64,000 nucleotides of DNA from an uncultured bacterium (GTDB lineage Bacteria > Bacteroidota > Bacteroidia > Chitinophagales > CAIODY01): assembly GCA_903857255.1 (NCBI GenBank), contig CAIODY010000034.1, forward strand, positions 8,127 through 72,126, written 5' to 3'. The notes beneath the pieces were generated by a model. That model was not told where the DNA came from and made no database searches. It saw only the letters and a list, made by a program, of their open reading frames with translations. A program made the translations under genes and the position numbers. Numbering within the stretch: position 1 is the first letter of the stretch; each line of letters begins with the position of its first letter. Shown here piece by piece: positions 1 to 8,631 of the stretch.

Positions 1-497
1 GCTACAAAGATAGGGTTGATTTCAGAATTATCAAACAGATACCATTTATCAACTGCAAAAACAAAATGCTTAAAAAAATTATCAATGCCTCGTTGGTAGC
101 GGCGTTCAATCACATTAATGGGAATATTGTGTCCGCCTTCGCTCACTCTTTTTTGCACTCGTTTTTTTGCCAACTCAACATTATTCAACCAAAAGAAAAG
201 CAAGATAACTTGATAACCTTTTGATTGTGCCAATTGAATGGTTTGCAAATAACTTTTGGTAGTTAAAGTAGTTTCAATGGCAAAATCTTTTTGTTGAAGT
301 AGCAATTCGTGAATGCGATGCAACATAATTCTGCCAGCTTCAAAAGCAACGGTTTCAGGTTGAAAAGGTGAAAGTCCTTTAGCAATAGAATCAGCATTTA
401 CAAATTCGTTGCAATGAATTATTTCGGGCAGAACAGTATTGCTGGCAGTAGTTTTACCTGCACCGTTGCAGCCTGCTATGATGTATAAATTTGCCAT
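1..497 (-). CDS. Zeta-toxin/PezT-like P-loop ATPase (COG4185 type); the C-terminal end runs off the window
   Basis: Own translation from the ATG at complement 495-497: MANLYIIAGCNGAGKTTASNTVLPEII... Walker A motif GCNGAGKTT. The frame stays open to base 1. It is absent from the ORF track because it is truncated. Confidence 0.6.
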   Translation of the reverse strand, partial: MANLYIIAGCNGAGKTTASNTVLPEIIHCNEFVNADSIAKGLSPFQPETVAFEAGRIMLHRIHELLLQQKDFAIETTLTTKSYLQTIQLAQSKGYQVILLFFWLNNVELAKKRVQKRVSEGGHNIPINVIERRYQRGIDNFFKHFVFAVDKWYLFDNSEINPIFV

Positions 498-589
498 TGA
501 TTAATTTCATCGCAAATATAAAACAAAGTTGCAGCAAACAATTATTTGAAAATGGTTGTCAGTGCCACCCATAAAAAAATCTCGAATCA

Positions 590-660
590 TCGCCCATTGC
601 CTCGGTTAGTGTCCCCACTAACCGAAATGGTGATGTTCGTGAGGACACGAACCTCGGCGA
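590..660. other. Compact structured intergenic element: two perfect hairpins closed by a short outer helix
   Basis: Pairings seen: tcggttagtg (602-611) with cactaaccga (616-625), a 10-bp stem; gttcgtg (635-641) with cacgaac (646-652); ccatt (594-598) with aatgg (626-630); tcgc (590-593) with gcga (657-660). On the minus strand the long hairpin has a GGGA (GNRA-type) loop and the element is followed by a T7 run. Confidence 0.3.
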
Positions 661-692
661 AGAGATAAAAATTGCTTCATAAAAATTAGTTT

Positions 693-1406
693 TTAGTTTG
701 TCAAGCCTATGTTTATACCCATTTGTATTGTTGGTAAAAGGTCAGTTTTTAGTTTAATGTTGTAAAATATTCTTGTATCAATACCATCAGATTCCCAATT
801 TTGTATTACTTCCGAAAATTGAGTTGAATTAACTGGATTGAAATCCGAGCGGATATACTTTAGTCGCAACCCCAAACCACCATAGAAATCAATTATAAAC
901 TTATTAATGTTAACTCTTTTTCCAACTAACCCATTCAGACTAAATACCTTTGTAAAATAAAAGGCATTATATTGAATCCCACTATTAAAAACATATGGGT
1001 AAACATCTGTATAATCGTATCTATAGTCGTGATAATATCGATAACAAAAAATAAGTTCAGAATAAATTGGATTTTTAATTTTTTCCATTCTCATTAAACC
1101 TAAGCCAATTTTATAATTCCCTTTCCCAGAATATTGTCCTTCAAAGCTATTTCCCTCATCACCATAATAAAAGACCTGCATCTTTGGTATATAATAAGAA
1201 CCTAAAATATCGAGATTTATATATCTACTAACTCTTCTCTCAATCCCCAATCTAAATTCACCAATAGTTATAGGCTGCAACAAATTCATCTTCACCGCCC
1301 ATCCATTCTTCCACGAAAAATGATAAGGTATAGTATCGGTTTTATTGCTTTGGCTATGTGCAGCTAAGGCAATAAAAAGCAAGGGAAAAAGAAATAGTTT
1401 TTTCAT
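693..1406 (-). CDS. Putative outer-membrane beta-barrel protein, tandem paralog A (DUF3575-like pattern)
   Basis: Signal peptide MKKLFLFPLLFIALAAHSQ. Shares the motifs YHFSWKNGWAVK, FYGGLGLR and C-terminal QMGINIGL with the ORFs at 1765-2460 and 2470-3132. Confidence 0.6.
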   Translation of the reverse strand: MKKLFLFPLLFIALAAHSQSNKTDTIPYHFSWKNGWAVKMNLLQPITIGEFRLGIERRVSRYINLDILGSYYIPKMQVFYYGDEGNSFEGQYSGKGNYKIGLGLMRMEKIKNPIYSELIFCYRYYHDYRYDYTDVYPYVFNSGIQYNAFYFTKVFSLNGLVGKRVNINKFIIDFYGGLGLRLKYIRSDFNPVNSTQFSEVIQNWESDGIDTRIFYNIKLKTDLLPTIQMGINIGLTN

Positions 1407-1741
1407 GTGGTAGGGGTTTTAAAGTTGATGGCATCTATAGCATAATATAAATCTTGTTCAGTCTGCGCTGTTGATTGATGATTATCATTTAATAATTTCC
1501 ATTCCATTGCCAATGTTGCCATATAATAGCCTAAATACCAAGGCTCATCCCCCGTACTCAATTCTTTGTTGACCCTATCACCCAATACTAATCCCGACCC
1601 ATTGCTACTGCCTTGAAACATAAAATTTTTCAATCGTTCTCTGTAAACCCAATATTTTTGTTTATTATCGTTAGTACCTCCAGCAATTAATTGAGAAATG
1701 CAAGAGAAGAAACAGATAAGTAAAAAGATTTTATTTTTCAT
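1403..1741 (-). CDS. Small secreted hypothetical protein, possibly the N-terminal remnant of a larger gene
   Basis: Signal peptide MKNKIFLLICFFSCISQLIA. Its stop overlaps the next gene's start (ATGA at 1403-1406). 112 aa with no recognisable complete domain. Confidence 0.4.
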   Translation of the reverse strand: MKNKIFLLICFFSCISQLIAGGTNDNKQKYWVYRERLKNFMFQGSSNGSGLVLGDRVNKELSTGDEPWYLGYYMATLAMEWKLLNDNHQSTAQTEQDLYYAIDAINFKTPTT

Positions 1742-1764
1742 GACTTTTGTTATTTGCTTATGAT

Positions 1765-2460
1765 TTAATTAACCTTTAACCCAATATTTATTCCTAATTG
1801 TAGAGATGGGATATACCCAAATTGAATAGTTTCTGGTAGCAATCCAATTCCGACTATTGTATGTGTTTCAGTTTGCCAATTAGTTGTAGAAATTATTGCC
1901 GATGAAGAATTTGAAGAAAATATACTTCTAATAAGTTTTGTTCTTAATCCTACTCCACCATAAAAATCAAAGACTAGCCTTTTTGTTTCCAAACGTTTGC
2001 CATAAAGAACCTGAAAGCAAGTTATTTGGTAATAGTATTGTTTAAAAATTTGAGGATTATCATTAGACAATGAGGCGTCTAATACACTTTTATAAAATGT
2101 CGATAATTCAAAGTAATTCGATTGTCTTGGAAATGGTAAAAAATATTTATAATCAATTCCCACCTTATACCCATCATACTTATTATTTATCGCATCATCT
2201 TTACTGAAAAACAAATTTGCAACTACATTAATAAATTTAGACCCAAAAATTTCAAAACTTGAATGATTTGTTATTTTCTTTTCGATATAGAATCTAATCT
2301 CTTCACCTGGTAAAATTTGTAGTGGTGCAATCTTAACTATCCATTTGTCGGCAAACGAAAAATGGTAATTAGTGGTATCCCTAATATTTTTATCCCCGCT
2401 GTACCCAAATGTTTTAATTGCAATAACTAACACAGAAAGCAGAATAAATATTTTCTTCAT
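1765..2460 (-). CDS. Putative outer-membrane beta-barrel protein, tandem paralog B
   Basis: Signal peptide. Motifs YHFSFADKWIVK, FYGGVGLR and QLGINIGL are shared with paralogs A and C. Confidence 0.6.
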   Translation of the reverse strand: MKKIFILLSVLVIAIKTFGYSGDKNIRDTTNYHFSFADKWIVKIAPLQILPGEEIRFYIEKKITNHSSFEIFGSKFINVVANLFFSKDDAINNKYDGYKVGIDYKYFLPFPRQSNYFELSTFYKSVLDASLSNDNPQIFKQYYYQITCFQVLYGKRLETKRLVFDFYGGVGLRTKLIRSIFSSNSSSAIISTTNWQTETHTIVGIGLLPETIQFGYIPSLQLGINIGLKVN

Positions 2461-2469
2461 TTTTGAATT

Positions 2470-3132
2470 TTATTTAGTTTTTAATCCAAAATTAATGCCT
2501 AATTGAATTGATGGAAAGAATGCGATTCCATCATGGTCAACATAATGATGCCATGGTGTTAAAATGGGGCTATCGGTATATTTTGTAAAAATTGTTTGAA
2601 CAAATTTTGTTCTTAGCCCAATGCCTCCGTAAAAATCAAAAAAAGCATTTTTGGCGTATTGTATTCTTCTTCCATAAAGAAATTGAATACAACCAACTTG
2701 ATAGAAATATTGTTCGTTCACTCCAATTAAGTTAAGGTGCTCATGAAAAGCATTATGATATTTTTTGTAAAAAACATCAACCTCAAAATAATTGTTAGTC
2801 TGTTTGATTAAATTAATGTAGGCAGCTCCAATTTTATAATTATCACTGCCAATATTTGTCTCTAAAAAAGCATCCCCACTTTGTACATTATCATAAAATG
2901 CATTTGATGGAAGTTTGTTAGTGAAATAGGCTCCAAACAATTCAACACTTTTATTCTTTGTGATTCTTTTTTCAACATAAACTCTTGCTTCAGCATCTAA
3001 CAAAGCAAAAGGTGCAACCTTTATAGCCCATCCATTTTTAAATGAAAAATGATAAGTGATAGAATCTTTTTTGCTTTGGCTTTTAGCATCCAAGGAAAAA
3101 AACATCAACAACAAAAGAATAAGTTTTTTCAC
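2470..3132 (-). CDS. Putative outer-membrane beta-barrel protein, tandem paralog C
   Basis: Signal peptide. Motifs YHFSFKNGWAIK, FYGGIGLR and QLGINFGL are shared with paralogs A and B. Confidence 0.6.
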   Translation of the reverse strand: MKKLILLLLMFFSLDAKSQSKKDSITYHFSFKNGWAIKVAPFALLDAEARVYVEKRITKNKSVELFGAYFTNKLPSNAFYDNVQSGDAFLETNIGSDNYKIGAAYINLIKQTNNYFEVDVFYKKYHNAFHEHLNLIGVNEQYFYQVGCIQFLYGRRIQYAKNAFFDFYGGIGLRTKFVQTIFTKYTDSPILTPWHHYVDHDGIAFFPSIQLGINFGLKTK

Positions 3133-3160
3133 ACTTCAAACTTATTACATTTTTTGTAAT

Positions 3161-3192
3161 AAAAAAATCCCGAAGCAGGGCTGCTTCGGGAT
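3161..3192 (-). terminator. Rho-independent terminator after the zinc-ribbon gene
   Basis: Hairpin atcccgaagcag-ggc-tgcttcgggat, followed on the minus strand by a T-run (plus-strand A-run 3161-3167). Confidence 0.7.
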
Positions 3193-3245
3193 TTTGTATT
3201 TTCATTGTACTTAATACCTAATACTTTGTACAACTGTTGTTGTAA

Positions 3246-3986
3246 TTACATATCAATAGCTTCATCTACCAATATTCTGCCGCAATGTTCGCAAGCAGTA
3301 ATTTTGCGGTGTTGCTTAATTTCCATTTGTTTTTGAGGAGGAATACGGTTGAAACAGCCGCCACATGCCCCACGGCGAATAGGCACCACTGCCAAACCAT
3401 TTCTATAATTTTTACGAATCTTATCGTAGCTCATCAATAAGCGTTCTTCAATATTTTCGCGATGATGCGTTGATTGGCTTAATAAATCATTTTCTTCCGA
3501 TTCCGTTTCATCAATCAAATCAGTCAATTCAGTTTTCTTAGCTTTCAAAAACTTTTCTTTTTCCTTAATGTGCTTTTGAGCAGCTTCTAAATTGCTTTGT
3601 TTCAATCTTAATTCTTCCGCCGCATCTTTAGCCCGTTTTTCATTCAACTGTGCTTCCAGTTTTTGCATTTCAATCTCTTTGCTCAATGCATCAAACTCAC
3701 GATTGTTCTTCACATTATCTTGCTGCTTTTCATATTTTTTAGCAGCCGCTTCGGCATCTTTCTTAGCCGCTTTGTGGTTGTTAATTACATCTTCCGCTTT
3801 TGTAACTTCTTCTTCCAAATGCTGAATACGCACTTTCAAGCCTTCCAACTCATCTTCCATATCTCTCACTTCCATTGGCAATTCACCACGAAGTGTTTTG
3901 ATTTCAGTAATTTTTGAATCAATTTTTTGCAATTGATACAAATCTTTTAATTTCTGTTCAGTGCTTATTTCTTTTATTGCAGCCAT
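3246..3986 (-). CDS. C4 zinc-ribbon coiled-coil protein (COG1579 type), the usual partner of Nif3
   Basis: Long coiled-coil region, then C-terminal CGGC...CEHC. Lies immediately downstream of the Nif3 homolog, a known conserved pair. Confidence 0.8.
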   Translation of the reverse strand: MAAIKEISTEQKLKDLYQLQKIDSKITEIKTLRGELPMEVRDMEDELEGLKVRIQHLEEEVTKAEDVINNHKAAKKDAEAAAKKYEKQQDNVKNNREFDALSKEIEMQKLEAQLNEKRAKDAAEELRLKQSNLEAAQKHIKEKEKFLKAKKTELTDLIDETESEENDLLSQSTHHRENIEERLLMSYDKIRKNYRNGLAVVPIRRGACGGCFNRIPPQKQMEIKQHRKITACEHCGRILVDEAIDM

Positions 3987-3987
3987 T

Positions 3988-5085
3988 TTATTGAAAATAT
4001 TTTATTGGATTAGTGCTAATTTTAGTTTTAAGGAGCGCAAAGGTAGGATATTTTTTTGATAAAATTTCAAATAATAAGTCCATTGTAAATTGCTCACTTT
4101 CATAGTGCCCAACATCGGCAATCACCAAGCTGTTTTCCGCATCAAAAAACTCATGATATTTAAAATCGGCAGTGATAAAGAAATCGGCTTTAGCTTGCTT
4201 GGCTTGGTCCAATAAAAAACTTCCCGAGCCACCGCAAACAGCAACTTTACGCACTTCCCTACCCAGCAATGCGGTATGACGAATGCAATCAGTTTTCAAA
4301 TTTTGTTTTATCAATTTCAAGAAATCAATTTCAGCCATTTCTTCACTCAATTCACCCACCATCCCGGCGCCAATTTGCGGATGCTCATTCTCTAACAAAT
4401 AAATATCGTAAGCCACTTCTTCATAAGGATGAGCAGCTAATAAAGCAGCTATTATTTTTCTTTCCAAATGCAACGGGAAAATAGTCTCTATTCTAACTTC
4501 ATTTTCATGGTGAGTTTTATTTCTTTCCCCAACAAACGGATTGGTGGTTTCATTGCCTTTGAAAGTGCCTATCCCTTCCACATTAAAACTGCATTCGTCA
4601 TAATTACTGATAGTACCGCAGCCTGCATCAAACAAAGCTTTTCGCACATCGTCAGCATGTGCTTTTGGAACAAAAGTTACCAGTTTTTTCAACTGATTGT
4701 TTTTGGGTGATAATATTTTGCAATTACGCAAACCCAATTTTTCAGCGATTTTATTATTTACACCAACCATCACATTATCCAGATTAGTGTGAATAGCATA
4801 GATAGCAATATTGTGTTGAATGGCTTTCATCACAACCCGTTCTACATAATTTTTTCCGTTTAATTTTTTCAATCCTTTAAAAATAATAGGATGGTGTGCA
4901 ATGATTAAATCTGCCTTTTGCTCGATGGCTTCATCCACAATTTCTTCTGTTGAATCTAAGCAAATTAATGCTTTGTGAACAGTAGAAGAAGAATTGCCAA
5001 CTATCAAGCCTGCATTATCATAACTTTCCTGTAAGCTGCTTGGTGCAATAGTCTCAAGATAATTTATTATTTCAGTTAAAATCAT
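3988..5085 (-). CDS. Nif3-like dinuclear metal-centre protein (YqfO/YbgI family)
   Basis: Motifs DNAGLIVG, AHHPIIF and VGHYESE. I moved the start to the internal ATG (MILTEIINYLE, 5083-5085) because the track's N-terminal extension covers a terminator hairpin at 5107-5142. Confidence 0.85.
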   Translation of the reverse strand: MILTEIINYLETIAPSSLQESYDNAGLIVGNSSSTVHKALICLDSTEEIVDEAIEQKADLIIAHHPIIFKGLKKLNGKNYVERVVMKAIQHNIAIYAIHTNLDNVMVGVNNKIAEKLGLRNCKILSPKNNQLKKLVTFVPKAHADDVRKALFDAGCGTISNYDECSFNVEGIGTFKGNETTNPFVGERNKTHHENEVRIETIFPLHLERKIIAALLAAHPYEEVAYDIYLLENEHPQIGAGMVGELSEEMAEIDFLKLIKQNLKTDCIRHTALLGREVRKVAVCGGSGSFLLDQAKQAKADFFITADFKYHEFFDAENSLVIADVGHYESEQFTMDLLFEILSKKYPTFALLKTKISTNPIKYFQ

Positions 5086-5106
5086 TTCAATATTTTTTGT
5101 AAAGAA

Positions 5107-5142
5107 AAACGGCTCGTGAAAAATTAATTCCATGAGCCGTTT
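5107..5142 (-). terminator. Probable terminator of the gldKLMN operon
   Basis: aaacggctc (5107-5115) pairs with gagccgttt (5134-5142). A T-rich tract follows on the minus strand. The 18-nt loop is long for a terminator. Confidence 0.45.
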
Positions 5143-5166
5143 AACAATTTTTTTATTCAATAAAAA

Positions 5167-6129
5167 TTAATAACTCCACAAATCGTGTTCGAAGTTAAAA
5201 ATTTCAGTTTTCACTCTTTCTCCTTCTAATAATGCATCTATACCGTTGGCATAATCAGCAATACGTTCATCATTTACGTTAGAAACCTTAATGATGTAGC
5301 TGCTGAAATAACGGAACTCCATGATGTCTTCCCAAGTCATTCTCACAGCATCATTTTGAGGATTGTAAATTTCTTTTTTTGCAAAAATAGGGCGCATATC
5401 GGGGTAGTAAACCCAATACATTGTCGTTAATAATGAACTTCCGCCTGAACTTAAATCCAAAATAGGCGCAATTCCTAAAATACGCACTTGCATAGTTGAC
5501 GTTTCTTCATCAAAAAACCAATCTTCCTTCAAGCGAAATTGATAAATTTTATTTACATCCAACTCACGAACTTTAGGTACATAACCTGTTACCTCACCAG
5601 TTGTAATATCTGTAACTGGCACTGTATCAACACCAGCGCCAATAGTTTTAATAGCAGAAATTTCTTTCTTAACTATAAAATCTTCATCATCAAAAGCGGT
5701 TACTTCACCGTTTAAAACTGCTCTATGAATAACATCAAAGAAGGTTTCATTAGGAAAATGATAAGGGAATTTAAAAGGCAAATTCATTTTCTCACGAACA
5801 TCAATTACTCTCCAAATTCTTTTTTGCCAAAAGATGTCAGCCTCACGAACATAATCATAAGGAATAATGCTTTTTTCCTTAAAATTATTTCGTTCGTAAA
5901 CTCCGTTCAATCTTTGTGAAACTGGTAATGGCTTTAATCCTCCGCTGGCTTGCACAGTAGAAGAATCCTTTCCATTAGGATTATTGGTAGAATCATCAGC
6001 CAACAATTTTACTGTTGACGACTGTTCAGCACCAAAATCTATTTTAGCGGTTTGTGCTGCCATCAATTTTGAATTGAAAAGCAGAACAACCATACCAAAA
6101 ACAACGAATTTTAAAATCTGTTTTTTCAT
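5167..6129 (-). CDS. gldN: Gliding motility / T9SS protein GldN (PorN)
   Basis: Signal peptide, motif DIFWQKRIWRVIDVREKMN, and position directly after gldM. Confidence 0.85.
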   Translation of the reverse strand: MKKQILKFVVFGMVVLLFNSKLMAAQTAKIDFGAEQSSTVKLLADDSTNNPNGKDSSTVQASGGLKPLPVSQRLNGVYERNNFKEKSIIPYDYVREADIFWQKRIWRVIDVREKMNLPFKFPYHFPNETFFDVIHRAVLNGEVTAFDDEDFIVKKEISAIKTIGAGVDTVPVTDITTGEVTGYVPKVRELDVNKIYQFRLKEDWFFDEETSTMQVRILGIAPILDLSSGGSSLLTTMYWVYYPDMRPIFAKKEIYNPQNDAVRMTWEDIMEFRYFSSYIIKVSNVNDERIADYANGIDALLEGERVKTEIFNFEHDLWSY

Positions 6130-6138
6130 ACGAATTGA

Positions 6139-7713
6139 TTATTGAATTATAACAGTTAATGGTGGCAATTTACGAGGTGTGCCATCGCAACCACGAGCAT
6201 AAATATTATCGAAAATAAATTGGTCGCCTGGTTTAGCAGAACCAACCCATCCTTTTATTTGGTCGTTAAACATATTACTGCTGATGCCAGTTGCAATTTT
6301 TGTATCCTGACGTTTTGCTGTGTAATAGCAGTCGTATTTAGTCACCTTAAAAGTACAATCAAATAAGAAGTCTTTCAACACAGCAGAAATACCTGCTTGC
6401 GCTTTAAAGTTAGTTGCAGGCATTTTACCACCCGAAAAACCCCCAATCTCTGCAATTGGGTCAGGAATACGTTTGATACGGAATGGGAAAGCACCAACTG
6501 AATTAACTTTACCATCAGCACTTTTGCCATTCAATGAAATTGAAGTAGTACCTGAACCTAAATTATCAACTTTAATAGTGTAATGACCAGCAGAAACTTT
6601 TGTTAATGCGCCGAAAGAGGTACTTGCATCTACTTTATCAGGTGTATAACCTGCAGCCGAAACCGTAATTGGGTTATCAACACCTATGTAAATCGCATTC
6701 ATTTTTTCAGCAGAAACAGAGCCAAAAGGTTTAATAACCTGGTATTTTTGAGGTTTGGAATTATAAACCTTTTCTTTTCCATCGGGTCCAGTAATTTTAA
6801 TAGTAACCTTATATTCATGCTCTCCTTCGCCGCCACCTAATGAAATCATACCTTTTCCACTTTCTACTTTCACTGGCGAACCATTGACAAGCACTGTTGG
6901 GCTTTGTTTAGTATCAAATGCGGATAAGAAAGCATTAGCTTTAAATTGTTGACCTTCGGCAATAATTGTAGGTCCATCAGGAACAACTTCAGCAGTTAAA
7001 GTATCAAATTTAAAATCAGTTTTACCAATCGTTTTTAACAATTCATCAATTACATCTGATTCGGCAGTACGAATATTTTGTTCAATTCCATTTAAAATAG
7101 TAACACCAGCCACAGCAGGTACTGAATGGAAATTATGAAACCACCATTTCTTCTCAATATCACCTTCCCCATCGGGATAATCATCAGCCCTTAAAGCAAT
7201 CTGTTTATCCAAACTAATCAAATAAGCTCCACTAACTCCTGGAATTCCTTTTAACAAATTCACCAAATTGTGTCGAGTATCATTAATGTTTTTTTGAACT
7301 TGCGAACCGATAGTTCCTTTCTCATCAGGACCAATAAAAATATCACCAGCAGCATCCAAATCCTTCTCATTTTTTAAGCGGTGAGTTTCGGGTTCGTAAC
7401 CTTCGGCTTTAGTAATAATTTGTTGTTTGTACTTTTCAATTTCATCAAAAAGCGCATCGGCAATTTTTTTAGCTTGCTTAGAACGGTCATAAGCCAATTG
7501 AGCTTTCCCTTTATTTAATTCATATTGGTCATCAATAATTTTATAAGTTAATTGATTTTTAGTTTTAAGTGCTGTTTGACCAGTAACAATACCATTATTA
7601 ACGATATTGAAAGCGTTCAAAATTTCAGCAGAAACGTTCATCGCCAGCATGGCTGTTAACACGAGATACATCATGTTAATCATCATCTGCCGAGGTTCTT
7701 TGGGCATTGCCAT
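6139..7713 (-). CDS. gldM: Gliding motility / T9SS protein GldM (PorM)
   Basis: N-terminus PRQMMINMMYLVLTAMLAMNVSAEILNAF is typical of GldM. Single N-terminal TM segment. Lies in gldL-gldM-gldN order. Confidence 0.9.
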   Translation of the reverse strand: MAMPKEPRQMMINMMYLVLTAMLAMNVSAEILNAFNIVNNGIVTGQTALKTKNQLTYKIIDDQYELNKGKAQLAYDRSKQAKKIADALFDEIEKYKQQIITKAEGYEPETHRLKNEKDLDAAGDIFIGPDEKGTIGSQVQKNINDTRHNLVNLLKGIPGVSGAYLISLDKQIALRADDYPDGEGDIEKKWWFHNFHSVPAVAGVTILNGIEQNIRTAESDVIDELLKTIGKTDFKFDTLTAEVVPDGPTIIAEGQQFKANAFLSAFDTKQSPTVLVNGSPVKVESGKGMISLGGGEGEHEYKVTIKITGPDGKEKVYNSKPQKYQVIKPFGSVSAEKMNAIYIGVDNPITVSAAGYTPDKVDASTSFGALTKVSAGHYTIKVDNLGSGTTSISLNGKSADGKVNSVGAFPFRIKRIPDPIAEIGGFSGGKMPATNFKAQAGISAVLKDFLFDCTFKVTKYDCYYTAKRQDTKIATGISSNMFNDQIKGWVGSAKPGDQFIFDNIYARGCDGTPRKLPPLTVIIQ

Positions 7714-7774
7714 AACTCAAATAAGATTTTTTTGTTAGTTAAATGATTTAAGAATATTTTGAGGGCAATTATTA

Positions 7775-8584
7775 TTATCTTGAACCGCTCATTGCGCTCA
7801 ACATATTGCCATAAACATTATTTAAGGCAGACAGATTTTTGCTTAATGAAGCCATTTGTTCTTTGTATTTAGCACTATCTTCCAACGAACTATTCATATT
7901 GTCCATTGCTTGAAGCAAGTTGCCATAATATTTATTCATGGCTTGCAAATGAGAAGTAGTGTCTTGCAACTCCAACTCATACATAGCATTCAATGAAGAT
8001 AAATTTTTAGTTACGCTTTGAATTTGCTCGTGAAATGCTTGTGCACCTGAACCCATTGAGCCAATTGATTTTACATTTTCAGCAGCTTCAACAAATGCAC
8101 CATTCATGGATGACAAAGTATTTGCGGCGGTTTTAGCACTTGATGCGTATTCATTAGTTGCTGCTACTGCATCAGAAATGTCGCTCATTTTATTGGCGTT
8201 GTCAGCAATTTTTTTGAAGCCGTCCCCTAATTTAGAAAATACTTCATCACTTACCCCAACTTTTTCCATCAAATTACCAACTTGTTCGTTCATTGGTGCT
8301 TGTGACGGATTTTTACGAACAAAAGTTTTATCTACTTCGGGTGCAATATCCAAATTTGGATGTACACGTTCCCAATAATAATCTTTATGAGGCGGAAGTA
8401 ATCCAAGCAACGCAAATAAAAAGGCTTCTACCAACATCCCAATCATCAACATTTGTGTTGCACCAGGCCAGTGAAGAATTTTAAACAAGGCTCCCAAAAT
8501 AACTACCGAGGCTCCGACACCGATGATGGCGTTTTTAAATCTTTTACCTCTTTCTGTTTCAAAAAAATGTGCAATACCCGACAT
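7775..8584 (-). CDS. gldL: Gliding motility / T9SS protein GldL (PorL)
   Basis: N-terminus with two TM helices (GASVVILGALFKILHWPGA). Synteny with gldK and gldM. Confidence 0.9.
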   Translation of the reverse strand: MSGIAHFFETERGKRFKNAIIGVGASVVILGALFKILHWPGATQMLMIGMLVEAFLFALLGLLPPHKDYYWERVHPNLDIAPEVDKTFVRKNPSQAPMNEQVGNLMEKVGVSDEVFSKLGDGFKKIADNANKMSDISDAVAATNEYASSAKTAANTLSSMNGAFVEAAENVKSIGSMGSGAQAFHEQIQSVTKNLSSLNAMYELELQDTTSHLQAMNKYYGNLLQAMDNMNSSLEDSAKYKEQMASLSKNLSALNNVYGNMLSAMSGSR

Positions 8585-8631
8585 AATTTTTAGTTGGTTT
8601 TTTTAGTTATGAAATTATTGTTGAAGAAAAA

